DNA of 64,000 nt. Origin: Patescibacteria group bacterium. Its GTDB lineage: Bacteria; Patescibacteriota; Patescibacteriia; UBA11705; DATKZF01. The notes below the pieces were generated by a model. The model saw only the letters and a list, made by a program, of their open reading frames with translations, was not told where the DNA came from and did no database searches. The position numbers and the translations under genes are program-made. Positions 1 through 10,077 of this stretch are shown here, one piece after another (position 1 is the first letter of the stretch; every line of letters starts with the position of its first letter). The stretch is taken from assembly GCA_049319825.1 (NCBI GenBank), contig JBMORT010000009.1, forward strand, positions 67,349 through 131,348, in the 5' to 3' direction.

Positions 1-14
1 ATAATTTCGAAATA

Positions 15-431
15 CTAAACAAATTCCAATGATTCAAATTTCAAATAACAAACAATACGATCTTGAGGATAGAACCTTAAAATTTTCAAAGAGTGTTATT
101 GAATTTACGAAACATTTGCCACGAACAATAGAGAATATTGAAATAATTAAGCAATTGATCAGAGCAGTTTGTTCTGTCGGGGCAAATTATATTGAAGCTA
201 ATGAGGCACTTAGTAAAAAGGATTTTTTGATGAGGATAAAAATAAGCAAAAAGGAAGCGAAAGAAAGCATATATTGGCTTAATTTGATAATTGTGAATAA
301 TGACGCTGATAGAAATTTAAGAATAAAATTAATCAATGAAGCTACGGAATTGATGAAAATACTAGGATCAATTTTAGAAAAGTCAAAATAAAGCCTATAA
401 AATTGTGATTTCGATATTAGAATTTGTTTAG
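15..431. repeat. inverted repeats flanking the four-helix-bundle gene
   Basis: ctaaacaaattc (15-26) is the exact reverse complement of gaatttgtttag (420-431), within degenerate short repeats. Confidence 0.7.
29..391 (+). CDS. four-helix-bundle protein (TIGR02436 / S23-IVP / Avd-like family)
   Basis: Motifs LEDRT..F, QLIRA..SVGANYIEA, KKEAKES.YWL, EATEL..I; flanked by inverted low-complexity repeats. Confidence 0.85.
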   Translation: MIQISNNKQYDLEDRTLKFSKSVIEFTKHLPRTIENIEIIKQLIRAVCSVGANYIEANEALSKKDFLMRIKISKKEAKESIYWLNLIIVNNDADRNLRIKLINEATELMKILGSILEKSK

Positions 432-468
432 AGTATAATGCTTCTGATTTAGAGTTTCCAAATTTATT

Positions 469-1164
469 ATGGAAAAAATTCGTTTACAAAAATACTTGGC
501 AGACTGCGGCATAGCATCTCGGCGACAAGCCGAGGTGTTTATTGCGCAGGGAAAAGTCACAGTGAATGGTGAGGTGGTCAGAGCGCTCGGCACGAAAGTC
601 GGGCCCCGAGACAAAGTTGAATTCAAAGGCCATGTTGCCAAGCCTGAACGGAAAAAGGTGTACATCATGCTGAATAAGCCTGTCGGATATTTATCGACCG
701 TCAAAAAAGGAAAAGAAAAAGGAAAGACTGTTTTGGAATTGGTTAAAGGCTCGGCCAGAGTGTTCCCTGTCGGTCGATTGGATAAAGAATCAAGCGGGCT
801 GTTGATTTTAACCAATGATGGTGATCTCGCGCTGAAATTGACACATCCCAGGTATGAAAAAGAAAAAGAATATGAAGTGGCGATCACCAGACCGTTGACT
901 GATGAATTTCTTAAAAAAATGAGAAGCGGAGTAAAAATTGATGGAAAAAAGACTTCTCCGGCCAAAGTCATACCCAGGGGCGTTAAAAAATTTAATATTA
1001 TTTTAAAGGAAGGCCGCAAGCGCCAGATCAGGCGCATGTGCGAAGCGCTCGGCTGCGGCGTGATCAGCCTGCGGAGAATAAGGATAAACAAATTGACTTT
1101 GGGAGACCTGAAAATGGGTAATTGTCGAAATTTAACCGAAAAAGAAGTGAATTTATTAAAATAA
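469..1164 (+). CDS. rluB: rRNA pseudouridine synthase, RsuA/RluB family
   Basis: N-terminal S4 domain (RLQKYLA..GIASRR), LNKP, catalytic GRLD, EGRKRQIRRM. Confidence 0.85.
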   Translation: MEKIRLQKYLADCGIASRRQAEVFIAQGKVTVNGEVVRALGTKVGPRDKVEFKGHVAKPERKKVYIMLNKPVGYLSTVKKGKEKGKTVLELVKGSARVFPVGRLDKESSGLLILTNDGDLALKLTHPRYEKEKEYEVAITRPLTDEFLKKMRSGVKIDGKKTSPAKVIPRGVKKFNIILKEGRKRQIRRMCEALGCGVISLRRIRINKLTLGDLKMGNCRNLTEKEVNLLK

Positions 1165-1256
1165 GGGTTGCCCTCATGATTATACGTGATTTTTTAATGT
1201 TAATAAAAATTTTTCTTTTTGTGTTATAATGAGTGTAGAAATAAAAATAAAAATTC

Positions 1257-2645
1257 ATGTTGTACAAGTCATGCGGAGCGGCGCGTGAAGTGACCGGCTC
1301 ACGTCATTTATTTGAAATCGGCGGTAAAAAGATACTGTTTGATTGCGGTTTTTTCCAGGGAGGGAATACTCACGAGTCCGAGGAAAAGAATCGAAATTTT
1401 TTGTTTGATCCAAAGGAAGTGACCGCGCTGGTATTAAGCCACGCGCACATAGATCACGCCGGCAACATACCTCGTTTGGTCAAAAGAGGCTTTAGAGGCG
1501 CGATTCACTGCACGTCGATAACGAAAGAATTGATGGAGTTGTTGCTTTTGGATTCGGCGAAGATACAAAAGCAGGATGCCGATCATATTTACAGACATCA
1601 ACATCGAAAAGTCGAGCCGCTGTATGACGAATCCGACGTCCGTCAGGCGATGAAGCAGGTTGAAATTCATGAATATAACGAAAAATTTGAAATTTCCGGC
1701 GGGTGCCGGATCGAATTCATCGAAGCCGGACACGTGCTCGGATCCGCCATAACTTTGGCGGAATTCCGTGAACCCGGAAAGGAAATAAAATTAATTTACA
1801 CGGGAGATTTGGGCAGACGGGGCATGCCGATTTTAAATGATCCGGCTTTGCCCGGACCAGCCGACGTGCTGATCACGGAATCGACATACGGCAGTCATCT
1901 GCATGAATCCATCAATCAGGCGAAAGACGAGCTGAATTGGATCATCAATGATGTCATCGGTCGCGGAGGAAAAATAATCGTGCCCGGATTCTCACTGGAG
2001 CGGACGCAGGAATTGGTATACCTGCTCAATCAGCTTTATGAGGAGCGAAAAATTCCCAAAGTGCCGGTTTACGTCGATAGTCCTCTTTCCACCAAAATTT
2101 CTCAAATATTCATCAAACATCCGGAGGCCTATGACAAAGAAACCGCTCAGTTATTTTTAAATAAAAGAAAAAGCCCTTTTTATTTCGAGGGGTTGCATTA
2201 TATCGTGGATAAAGCCGAATCGATGGCCCTTAATTCATTGAAGCATTCGGCAATTATCATCTCGGCATCCGGCATGTGTCAGGCGGGTCGAATTCAGCAT
2301 CATTTAAAATTTAATGTCAGTGATTCGAAAAATCTGATTTTGGTGGTCGGCTACATGGCTCGGGGAACTTTGGGACGCGCGTTGGTGGAAAAAGAAAGAA
2401 CCGTCACCATTTTGGGAGAAAAATATCCGCTGCGCGCGGAGGTGGTGGTGCTGAACTCATTTTCCGCGCACGCGGACAAGCACGAATTGTTGGAATTTGC
2501 CAGAAACATCAAAGGCTTGAGGAAGATATTTTGTGTCCACGGTGAAGAAACCGAAAGCTTGGTGCTGCGCGATAATTTATACAATATCAACCGATTTGCC
2601 GGCAAAGTGGAAGTGCCCGTGCTGGGGCAGGAATTTTATTTATAA
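1257..2645 (+). CDS. MBL-fold beta-CASP ribonuclease
   Basis: GAAREVTGS, DCG, SHAHIDH, AGHVLGS, TGDLG, ESTYG, FSAHAD, VHGE. Confidence 0.9.
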   Translation: MLYKSCGAAREVTGSRHLFEIGGKKILFDCGFFQGGNTHESEEKNRNFLFDPKEVTALVLSHAHIDHAGNIPRLVKRGFRGAIHCTSITKELMELLLLDSAKIQKQDADHIYRHQHRKVEPLYDESDVRQAMKQVEIHEYNEKFEISGGCRIEFIEAGHVLGSAITLAEFREPGKEIKLIYTGDLGRRGMPILNDPALPGPADVLITESTYGSHLHESINQAKDELNWIINDVIGRGGKIIVPGFSLERTQELVYLLNQLYEERKIPKVPVYVDSPLSTKISQIFIKHPEAYDKETAQLFLNKRKSPFYFEGLHYIVDKAESMALNSLKHSAIIISASGMCQAGRIQHHLKFNVSDSKNLILVVGYMARGTLGRALVEKERTVTILGEKYPLRAEVVVLNSFSAHADKHELLEFARNIKGLRKIFCVHGEETESLVLRDNLYNINRFAGKVEVPVLGQEFYL

Positions 2646-2689
2646 TCGAAAGAGATTACGGATAAATTAAAATTTTTAATCCAAATTTC

Positions 2690-3625
2690 ATGAATCACAT
2701 TGATAAGATGTATAAAAAAATAGTTAACATCGAAATTCAAGGCGCCACTAACGTATGTGAAGCGGTTTTAATGACATTGAAAAAGATCGCCGCTGACCGA
2801 AAAGCCAAAGACGCGCGCGCGTTGATTAAAAAGCTGCATCAGGCAGGCCATTATTTGATCCGTGCGCGCGCGACAGAGCCGATGGCGGTCAACGCCGTCA
2901 GATTCATCGACTTTCATCTCGATCGCCATAGGGATTTGTCTGTGGCGAAACTTCGAGTGTTAATCAGTCGCGCCATCGGCAGTTTTTTATTCGATCTTTC
3001 AAATAACCGAAAAATTATCGCCGATCAAGGCGACGGATTAATACGGCGGGGCGATAATATCTTTACTCATTGTCACTCTTCGACAGTCATTGATATATTA
3101 AAACACGCCCATAAGAGCAAAAAAAAGATTCGAGTTTTCAATACGGAAACCCGGCCGCTTTTTCAGGGCCGGACGACTTCCAAGGATTTGGTAAAAGCCG
3201 GAATATCCAATACGCAGGTTGTTGATTCCGCCGGTCCGTTTTTTGTCAGCAACTTCAGCACAGGATATAACATGGATATTTTGATTTTGGGTTGCGATGC
3301 CATATCGCGTAGCGGAGATGCGGTCAATAAAATCGGATCGTTTGGATTGGCATTGGCCGCTCGGCAGTCGAACATACCGCTTTATGTCGCCACTCAATCT
3401 CTTAAGCTGGATGTGGGAGCGGCGCATTTGGAAAATTTGGAATTGGAAAAAAGGATGGCTCGAGAGGTCTGGCCGACCGCGCCCGAAGGGCTGAAAATCG
3501 TCAATTATGCCTTTGACATCATCCCGGCCGCTTACATTTCCGGTTATATTACCGAGCTGGGAATCATCCGTCCCCGGTATTTGGCGAAAAGGGTTTTCAA
3601 GAAATATAAATTTTTAAAATTATGA
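2690..3625 (+). CDS. ribose-1,5-bisphosphate isomerase (eIF-2B-like)
   Basis: IQGA, THCHSSTV, ETRP.FQG, GCDAI, NKIGS, AFD..P; clustered with RuBisCO and AMP phosphorylase. Confidence 0.85.
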   Translation: MNHIDKMYKKIVNIEIQGATNVCEAVLMTLKKIAADRKAKDARALIKKLHQAGHYLIRARATEPMAVNAVRFIDFHLDRHRDLSVAKLRVLISRAIGSFLFDLSNNRKIIADQGDGLIRRGDNIFTHCHSSTVIDILKHAHKSKKKIRVFNTETRPLFQGRTTSKDLVKAGISNTQVVDSAGPFFVSNFSTGYNMDILILGCDAISRSGDAVNKIGSFGLALAARQSNIPLYVATQSLKLDVGAAHLENLELEKRMAREVWPTAPEGLKIVNYAFDIIPAAYISGYITELGIIRPRYLAKRVFKKYKFLKL

Positions 3626-4050
3626 TCAAATTAATAATCTGGGATTTGATCGGGGTGGTTTATCAAAATGCTCACATCGATGAAAAAGCCAAGATCATAA
3701 CCAACGATGTTTCCAAAATGGGCATAAAAAATTGTACGATCAGCAACACCATTCCCGATTTGATAAAGGAAGTGTCAAAAGTGTTGGGCATGAATCCGGC
3801 GATATCCACCGTCGAAACGGGATTGAGCAAGCGTGACCGGGAAACTTATGAATATTTGCTCAAAGAAGCCGGAGTTTTAGCATCGGAAACATTAATGATT
3901 GATGATCATAAAAAAAATTTGCACGCGGCAAAAGAACTTGGAATTATCACGGTGTTTTTCGGCGAAGGCTGGCCACGGGAATTGGGAGTGGATTACGCGA
4001 TAAAAAAATTGGATGATTTGATCGATATTTTAAATAAATTAAATACATAA
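3622..4050 (+). CDS. small cap-less HAD-like hydrolase
   Basis: IIWDLIGV (degenerate motif I), SN motif II, K motif III, MIDD...N motif IV. Confidence 0.65.
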   Translation: MIKLIIWDLIGVVYQNAHIDEKAKIITNDVSKMGIKNCTISNTIPDLIKEVSKVLGMNPAISTVETGLSKRDRETYEYLLKEAGVLASETLMIDDHKKNLHAAKELGIITVFFGEGWPRELGVDYAIKKLDDLIDILNKLNT

Positions 4051-4111
4051 GAAAAATGAAAAAGTGCCATAAATGTTTTTTTCTTCTTCATTATTTCTTT
4101 TAGATCACCTT

Positions 4112-5374
4112 ATGCCATCAGTCAAATTCGTTGAAATCGGCTATAAACCTAAATATGACAGAGAATTAATCGCCACTTTTTATCTTGAGCCCAATAAAAT
4201 CAGGTTTCAGGAAGCGGCCGACGCTGTGGCCGGCGAAAGTTCCATCGGATCATGGACCGAATTGAAAACTCTAAACCCGAAGCTGGCCCAGCGGTTAAAA
4301 GCTCGAGTTTTTTTTATCAACGAAAAGAAGAAAATCATCAAAATCGCTTACCCGATGGATCTTTTTGAGCGAGGCAGCATACCGCAAATTTTGTCGAGCA
4401 TCGGTGGCAATATTTACGGCATGAAGGCCATAAAAAATTTGCGTTGGTTGGATATTGAATTTCCGAAAAAATACATTGATTCATTCCAGGGTCCGGCTTT
4501 AGGTATCGAGGGCATCAGAAAAATCACCAAAATTAAAAATCGCGTCATTTTGGGAAGTATCATCAAACCCAAAGTTGGGTTGACCGCTTTGCAGCAGGCA
4601 AAGTTGTCGGCGACAGTTTGGCTTAACGGCATTGATTTGATCAAGGACGACGAGAATTTGACCAGCATGTCGTTCAATCGTTTTGAAGATCGCGTTAAAA
4701 AAGTTTTCGAATGGAAAAAACGCGTGGAAAAGGAAACAGGCTGTCCCAAGATATACGCTTGCAACATCACCGCGACGCCCGATGAAATGATCAGGCGCGC
4801 CAAATTGGTTAAGAAATACGGCGGACGCTGCGTCATGGTTGATTTGGTCTCGGTCGGGCTGGACAATGTTCAATATTTGCGAAAGCAGAAGCTCGGTTTG
4901 ATTATCCACGGTCATCGAGCGGGCCATGCCATGTTCACCAGATATAAAAAGCATGGCATGAGCATGCTGGTTTTGGCGAAATTGTCACGATTGGCCGGCA
5001 TTGATCAGCTGCATACCGGGACGGTGGTCGGGAAAATGGTGGGCAGCGGCGAAGAGGTGGTGACCGTTAACAATTTGCTTAAAGAAGACTGGAGCATATA
5101 TAATGCCGTTCGAGAAGATTGGAGCAAGATGAAACCGGTGATGCCGATCGCTTCCGGCGGCCTTCATCCCGGATTAATGCCTAAGTTGGTGGAGATTTTG
5201 GGCAGTGATTTGATCGTGAATTTTGGCGCAGGCATTCACGGCCACCCCGACGGCTCAGCTGCCGGCGCCAGAGCCTGCCGCCAGGCGGCAGAGGCGATTT
5301 TTAAAGGCGTTGATTTACGGGAATATGCTAAAAATCATGAAGAATTGAATAGAGCGCTGCAATTCTGGGGATAA
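4112..5374 (+). CDS. rbcL: RuBisCO large subunit, form III-type
   Basis: AGESSIG, IKPKVG, GIDLIKDDEN, HGHRAGH, HTGTVVGKM (loop-6 Lys), SGGLHPG, GIHGHP; start placed at second ATG. Confidence 0.93.
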   Translation: MPSVKFVEIGYKPKYDRELIATFYLEPNKIRFQEAADAVAGESSIGSWTELKTLNPKLAQRLKARVFFINEKKKIIKIAYPMDLFERGSIPQILSSIGGNIYGMKAIKNLRWLDIEFPKKYIDSFQGPALGIEGIRKITKIKNRVILGSIIKPKVGLTALQQAKLSATVWLNGIDLIKDDENLTSMSFNRFEDRVKKVFEWKKRVEKETGCPKIYACNITATPDEMIRRAKLVKKYGGRCVMVDLVSVGLDNVQYLRKQKLGLIIHGHRAGHAMFTRYKKHGMSMLVLAKLSRLAGIDQLHTGTVVGKMVGSGEEVVTVNNLLKEDWSIYNAVREDWSKMKPVMPIASGGLHPGLMPKLVEILGSDLIVNFGAGIHGHPDGSAAGARACRQAAEAIFKGVDLREYAKNHEELNRALQFWG

Positions 5375-5495
5375 TGAGGACACGGATTACCACGAAGCGG
5401 TCACTTGATGCCCAGATCATCGTACAAGATGTGCAATGTAATTTTTGAGGAAGTAATTTATGCACGCGGTATCATGTAATCTGCTAACATAAAAT

Positions 5496-6995
5496 ATGGC
5501 TTTTTATTTAAAATGCAAAAAATTGGATTTTTCCACCGGTGATAAATTGGTTGTCGTCATCAACGAGGATGAAGCCGATTCTTACGGCATATATCCGGGC
5601 GATCGCCTGCAGCTGGTTTGGAGCAAAACCAAAAAAGTGATCGCCACCGCCGACACCTCCAATACCAAGGTCAAGCCGGGCGAAATCGGTTTGTTTCAGG
5701 AGGTTTGGAAAAAGCACGCGGTCGAGCAGGCGGACATTGTCGAAGTCAGCATCATGAGCCGCCCCCTGTCTATCGAGACGATCAGGAAGAAGTTATTGGG
5801 TCAACCGGCCACATACCAAGAAATTCACGCGGTAATCAAAGACATTGTTGACGGCACTTTGGGTTCGATCGAAACAACGTATTATGCCGCCTCGAGTTTC
5901 GTGAAAGATTATTCTTTGGACGAGCTTTATTACGTCACCAAAGCAATGGCGGATACGGGAGAGAAGATGAATCTCAATGTCGAAGTGGTTGATAAACATT
6001 CGGTCGGCGGCTTGGCCGGGAATCGGGTCACTCCACTGGTGGTTTCCATTATCGCTTCACTCGGACTTTATATACCCAAAACTTCATCCAGAGCGATTAC
6101 TTCGCCGGCGGGCACCGCCGATACCATGGAAGTGATTTGTCCGGTGTCTTTTTCCATGAATGAGATACGCAAAATTGTTAAAAAAACGAAAGCATGCTTG
6201 GTTTGGGGCGGGGGATTAAGTTTGGCGCCGGCTGATGATAAAATCGTCAATGTCTCTCGGCCGCTGGCTTTTGAACCTTATGATAAAATGATTGTCAGTA
6301 TTTTAGCCAAAAAAGTGGCGATGGGAGTCGATTATTTGGTCATCGACATACCCGTCGGTCCGAGTACGAAAGTACCCAGCATGGCCAAAGCCGACATGAT
6401 CGAAAAAAAGTTTGTCGCGCTGGGCAAGCGATTCGGCATGAAAATCAAAGCGGTAAAGACTAAAGCGATGGAACCTATCGGCCGGGGAATCGGTCCGGCA
6501 TTGGAAGCGCGGGACATTTTTCGAGTGCTACAGCGTCATGAACTGCGACCGCTTGATCTGGAGAGAAAAGCGGTTAAACTGGCTGGCGAGCTGCTGGAGT
6601 TGAAAAAATTCGCGCCCAAAGGTCAAGGCCGGATTTTGGCCATGCAGCAGCTAAAAAGCGGGGATGCTTGGGAAAAAATGAATGAAATAGTTGTCGCGCA
6701 AGGCGGCAACCCCAACCAACATTCCGAGGATTTTACCTCTGGAGCGATCCGCTACGAGATACACGCGAAAAAAACGGGCAAAATAATTGCCGTGGACAGT
6801 AAGGCGATCAATGAAATTTGCATGAACTTGGGTGCTCCCAGCGATAAATTGGCAGGGATTCACTTGCATGCCTTTTATGGACAAAAGATAAAAAAGGGAG
6901 ACAAATTGTTCACTCTATACGCCAGCTCGAACGATCGCCTTAAGCTTGGTTTGATGGCGACTAGCAAGGTGGAAATTTTTAAGATAGGTCGGTAG
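5496..6995 (+). CDS. deoA: AMP phosphorylase (thymidine phosphorylase family with N-terminal extension)
   Basis: DKHSVGG, KTSSRAITSPAGTAD, LAPADD, GRGIGPALEARD; archaeal-type N-terminal domain. Confidence 0.9.
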   Translation: MAFYLKCKKLDFSTGDKLVVVINEDEADSYGIYPGDRLQLVWSKTKKVIATADTSNTKVKPGEIGLFQEVWKKHAVEQADIVEVSIMSRPLSIETIRKKLLGQPATYQEIHAVIKDIVDGTLGSIETTYYAASSFVKDYSLDELYYVTKAMADTGEKMNLNVEVVDKHSVGGLAGNRVTPLVVSIIASLGLYIPKTSSRAITSPAGTADTMEVICPVSFSMNEIRKIVKKTKACLVWGGGLSLAPADDKIVNVSRPLAFEPYDKMIVSILAKKVAMGVDYLVIDIPVGPSTKVPSMAKADMIEKKFVALGKRFGMKIKAVKTKAMEPIGRGIGPALEARDIFRVLQRHELRPLDLERKAVKLAGELLELKKFAPKGQGRILAMQQLKSGDAWEKMNEIVVAQGGNPNQHSEDFTSGAIRYEIHAKKTGKIIAVDSKAINEICMNLGAPSDKLAGIHLHAFYGQKIKKGDKLFTLYASSNDRLKLGLMATSKVEIFKIGR

Positions 6996-7102
6996 CTGAG
7001 TCGTATCGTACCGGATGCGGTTATAATTCCCATGTATCCACTGCTTGCTCTAAACAAAAATTTTTGTTAACATAAAGTCGTTGATAAATAACTCAAAATA
7101 TT

Positions 7103-7801
7103 ATGGAAAAAACAAAAAATAATTTTTGGCTGGGATTCTTCGTGGGATTGGCCGTGGTCAGCGTCGTTTGTTTCGCCGGGCTGCTGGTATTCGTGCTGAG
7201 TCAGGGAGAAGCTGTGAATTTAGCGGAAAAGGTGCAAGCCGCGCCGGAGACTGAACAACCAACGGAAGCGAGCGCCCAACCGGTGCCGGCAGTGACCGCG
7301 GATGATCATCTTAAAGGTTCAGCCGACGCCAAGGTTATTTTGATCGAATATTCCGATTTTGAATGCCCCTATTGCGCCGCGCACGCGCAGACCATCAGCC
7401 AGATCGCTAAAAACTATTCAAAAGACGTCGCCATTGTTTTCCGGCATTTCCCTTTGTCTTTTCATGCCAATGCGCAGAAAGCGGCCGAAGCATCCGAATG
7501 CGCCGCCCGGCAAGGCAAATTTTGGGAAATGCATGATAAGCTGTTTGATCTCAACCAAAAAGGGAACATGGGGATCGCGCAATTCAAGTCAGCCGCTAAA
7601 GAAATTGGTTTGGATACCGGCAAGTTCGATGATTGTCTAGATAGCGGTCAAACCGCCCGGGAAGTGTCGAGCGACATGGCCGGCGGCCAGCAGGCCGGAG
7701 TCAGCGGCACACCCGGCACGTTCGTCAATGGACAGTTGGTGAGCGGCGCCTTGCCCTACGATCAGTTTTCACAGTTTTTGGATCAGCTGTTGGTTAAATA
7801 A
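7103..7801 (+). CDS. DsbA/BdbD-family thioredoxin-fold protein, membrane anchored
   Basis: EYSDFECPYC, FRHFPL, GVSGTPG, N-terminal TM helix. Confidence 0.9.
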   Translation: MEKTKNNFWLGFFVGLAVVSVVCFAGLLVFVLSQGEAVNLAEKVQAAPETEQPTEASAQPVPAVTADDHLKGSADAKVILIEYSDFECPYCAAHAQTISQIAKNYSKDVAIVFRHFPLSFHANAQKAAEASECAARQGKFWEMHDKLFDLNQKGNMGIAQFKSAAKEIGLDTGKFDDCLDSGQTAREVSSDMAGGQQAGVSGTPGTFVNGQLVSGALPYDQFSQFLDQLLVK

Positions 7802-7909
7802 AAAAAACAATATGGAAAGCTCGGCATAGCAGCCGAGTTTTTCGGTCTTATTGACTAATAATTTGGTTATGATAATTTTAAAATATGATTTATTCGTCAC
7901 ATTTAATTT

Positions 7910-9358
7910 ATGAGCAGAAAGATTAAAATCGGTGTTATCATTCTTTCCTTATTGTTTGCTTTGGGCTATGACCTGCTTTTCCCTTCGCCGGATTTGGGCA
8001 TTAATTTTGGCGTTTTTATCTTGGCATTTTTGGTCGCCGCCATCTTGCTGAAGTTCTCGATCGACAAAAAAACATCGAATTTATGGTCTTTGTTTTTTTG
8101 CGTGCCGATTTTATGGTACGCGGGATGCGTTGCCGTCTATCAGAGCCTTTTTGTCCATGTGGTGGCGCCGCTGGCCAGTATTTTTCTTTTGATTCTATTT
8201 TTGTTTTGGTTTGGCGTTGAGGATCTGCCGATGAAAAAAGTGAAGAGAATTTTACCGCTGTCGTTGATTTTGTTTGTCGGCAGATTTTTCTCAAAAATCA
8301 GCGCTCCATTTTCAGGAATTTTTAAGCTCGATGCTAAAAAATCCGGCAAGGTGATCGTCGCTTTGATCATATTAGTGCCGTTGCTTTTTATTTTTGGCGC
8401 GCTTTTTATCAGCGCTGATTTAATATTCAGAGAATGGATCAAGCAGCTTTTTGATGCTTCGATAGACGTTCATAACACTTGGCGAGTCGTCAGAACCATC
8501 GGTCTGTTTTTGTTCTTTGGCGGATTGATGTTCGCCTTTATCATGAAAAAAAGATTTCCGCAAAAAATCGAATCGGAAGCCGCGACCAATAAAGAGCCGG
8601 AGCAAATTAAAAGGGATTCGATCATTGCCAACATCATTTTGGGGGTGTTAAATTTATTTTTTCTGTTGTTTATCGTGATTCAGGTGATGTTTCTTTTCGG
8701 TGGCCATGACATCATTAAAAAATACGATATTACTTACGCGGATTACGTCCACCAGGGGTTTTACCAAATGTGCGCCATTGCCGTTTTGGTGTTGATCATC
8801 AGCTATATCATGTTTAGAATGAATCGATCAGAAAAATTCGACACCGTAAAATTATTAAACAGCGTTTTTATCATTCAATCGCTGATCATCGTCAGCTCGG
8901 CGTTAAAAAGATTGTTTTTGTATCAAGAAGCCTACGGTTTGACTCAGTTGAGATTTTTGGTCTGGCATTTCACTCTTTATATTGGATTAATTTTGCTGTC
9001 GTTAGCTTTGATAATTGTTTTCAAAAAGCATTATCGGCTGTTCGTGAAGGTCGGCTTGGTGATCTCGACAATTTATCTGATGTTCATGACCGGTATCAAT
9101 ATGCAAGCAAGAATCGCCAAAGTCAATATCGATCGGTATTTGTCCGGACAAGATAAAGAAATAGACATGTCTTATTTGTTAAATTTATCCGTGGATATTT
9201 CCGAACAAATGAAGCGTTTAAAGAACGACCAATCTGAATCTGTCAGAGATTATTATCAGCGCTGGCGAGATTCAAAAGACAGACGGGGAAACATCGACAC
9301 CCAATGGCAAAATTACACTTTGACAGAAATAAAATTTTGGCGGGATATCGACCAATAA
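7910..9358 (+). CDS. polytopic membrane protein, DUF4153/DUF4173-like
   Basis: LF.SAD..F, TYADY...GF.Q, RL.LYQEAYGLT.LR, D..YL..LS.D motifs. Confidence 0.75.
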   Translation: MSRKIKIGVIILSLLFALGYDLLFPSPDLGINFGVFILAFLVAAILLKFSIDKKTSNLWSLFFCVPILWYAGCVAVYQSLFVHVVAPLASIFLLILFLFWFGVEDLPMKKVKRILPLSLILFVGRFFSKISAPFSGIFKLDAKKSGKVIVALIILVPLLFIFGALFISADLIFREWIKQLFDASIDVHNTWRVVRTIGLFLFFGGLMFAFIMKKRFPQKIESEAATNKEPEQIKRDSIIANIILGVLNLFFLLFIVIQVMFLFGGHDIIKKYDITYADYVHQGFYQMCAIAVLVLIISYIMFRMNRSEKFDTVKLLNSVFIIQSLIIVSSALKRLFLYQEAYGLTQLRFLVWHFTLYIGLILLSLALIIVFKKHYRLFVKVGLVISTIYLMFMTGINMQARIAKVNIDRYLSGQDKEIDMSYLLNLSVDISEQMKRLKNDQSESVRDYYQRWRDSKDRRGNIDTQWQNYTLTEIKFWRDIDQ

Positions 9359-9360
9359 CA

Positions 9361-9386
9361 AAAACCTCGGCATAGCCGGGGTTTTA
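9361..9386. terminator. bidirectional intrinsic terminator between convergent genes
   Basis: aaaacctcggc-ata-gccggggttttt hairpin with A/T tails. Confidence 0.7.
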
Positions 9387-9391
9387 TATAA

Positions 9392-9640
9392 TCAGAAGAT
9401 AGCGAATTTTTTACCCGTGCCCCCGCATTCGAGGCAATCGGGATATGTTTCGACTTCTCCTTGGCCCAAACAGTGGGTACATATTGTTTTTATTTGTGTG
9501 TTACGGCTCGGTGATCCATGATGGAAAATTGATCGTGGGGTCATCTTCTCTCCCTGGCAAAAGGGGCAGATTACTGTTTCCACTATTTTCCCGGTTCCGT
9601 TGCATGTTGGGCAATTTCCGCATTCAACGAGTTGTGTCAC
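9392..9640 (-). CDS. small DnaJ-type zinc-finger protein (CxxCxGxG repeats)
   Basis: CPTCNGTG, CPFCQG, CTHCLGQG, CLECGGTG; AAGGAGG SD before GTG; TTGACA-N17-TATCAT promoter at 9721-9693. Confidence 0.75.
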   Translation of the reverse strand: MTQLVECGNCPTCNGTGKIVETVICPFCQGEKMTPRSIFHHGSPSRNTQIKTICTHCLGQGEVETYPDCLECGGTGKKFAIF

Positions 9641-9929
9641 CTTCAGCTCCCTCCTTATAGCTGGAACCGTCTACTGCTTGGTCAAGGTAAGTATGATATC
9701 AAAAAAAATATTATTTGTCAAATGCTTGTATGAATTTTAGGCTAATTTTAGAAAAAAAGAAGCGGCTTTTTAAAAATCAATTTATTATTTTGATGGTTAA
9801 TTATTGAGTATATTTATTCATTATTAAATCAGATTCAGCTTGATTTTTCCAAGGAAATTTGGTAGAATAGTTTTCGAATGGTCATTGATTATAAAAAATT
9901 ATTTTTAGAAATAATAGCAAACAAACCAT

Positions 9930-10017
9930 GGAGAGATGGCCGAGTGGTTTAAGGCGCACGCTTGGAGAGCGTGTATGGGGAAACTCATCCAGGGTTCGAA
10001 TCCCTGTCTCTCCGCCA
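9930..10017 (+). tRNA. tRNA-Ser(GGA)
   Basis: GGAGAGA/TCTCTCC acceptor stem, anticodon arm cacgc-tt-GGA-ga-gcgtg, long variable arm, GGTTCGAATCC, encoded CCA. Confidence 0.97.
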
Positions 10018-10077
10018 TGTTCCTCACGACGACGTGGCTACGTTATACAACGAGTTTAAATCCTTCAAAATATCAAC

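Noticed and set aside
417-1091. Long antisense ORFs (417-1091, 11470-12051, 12968-13510, 45475-46038 and similar)
   Set aside because: Shadows of well-supported genes on the opposite strand, with no motifs of their own
4112-5374. Calvin-cycle autotrophy or a form IV RuBisCO-like protein
   Set aside because: No phosphoribulokinase or small subunit; catalytic motifs are intact and the context is the AMP salvage pathway
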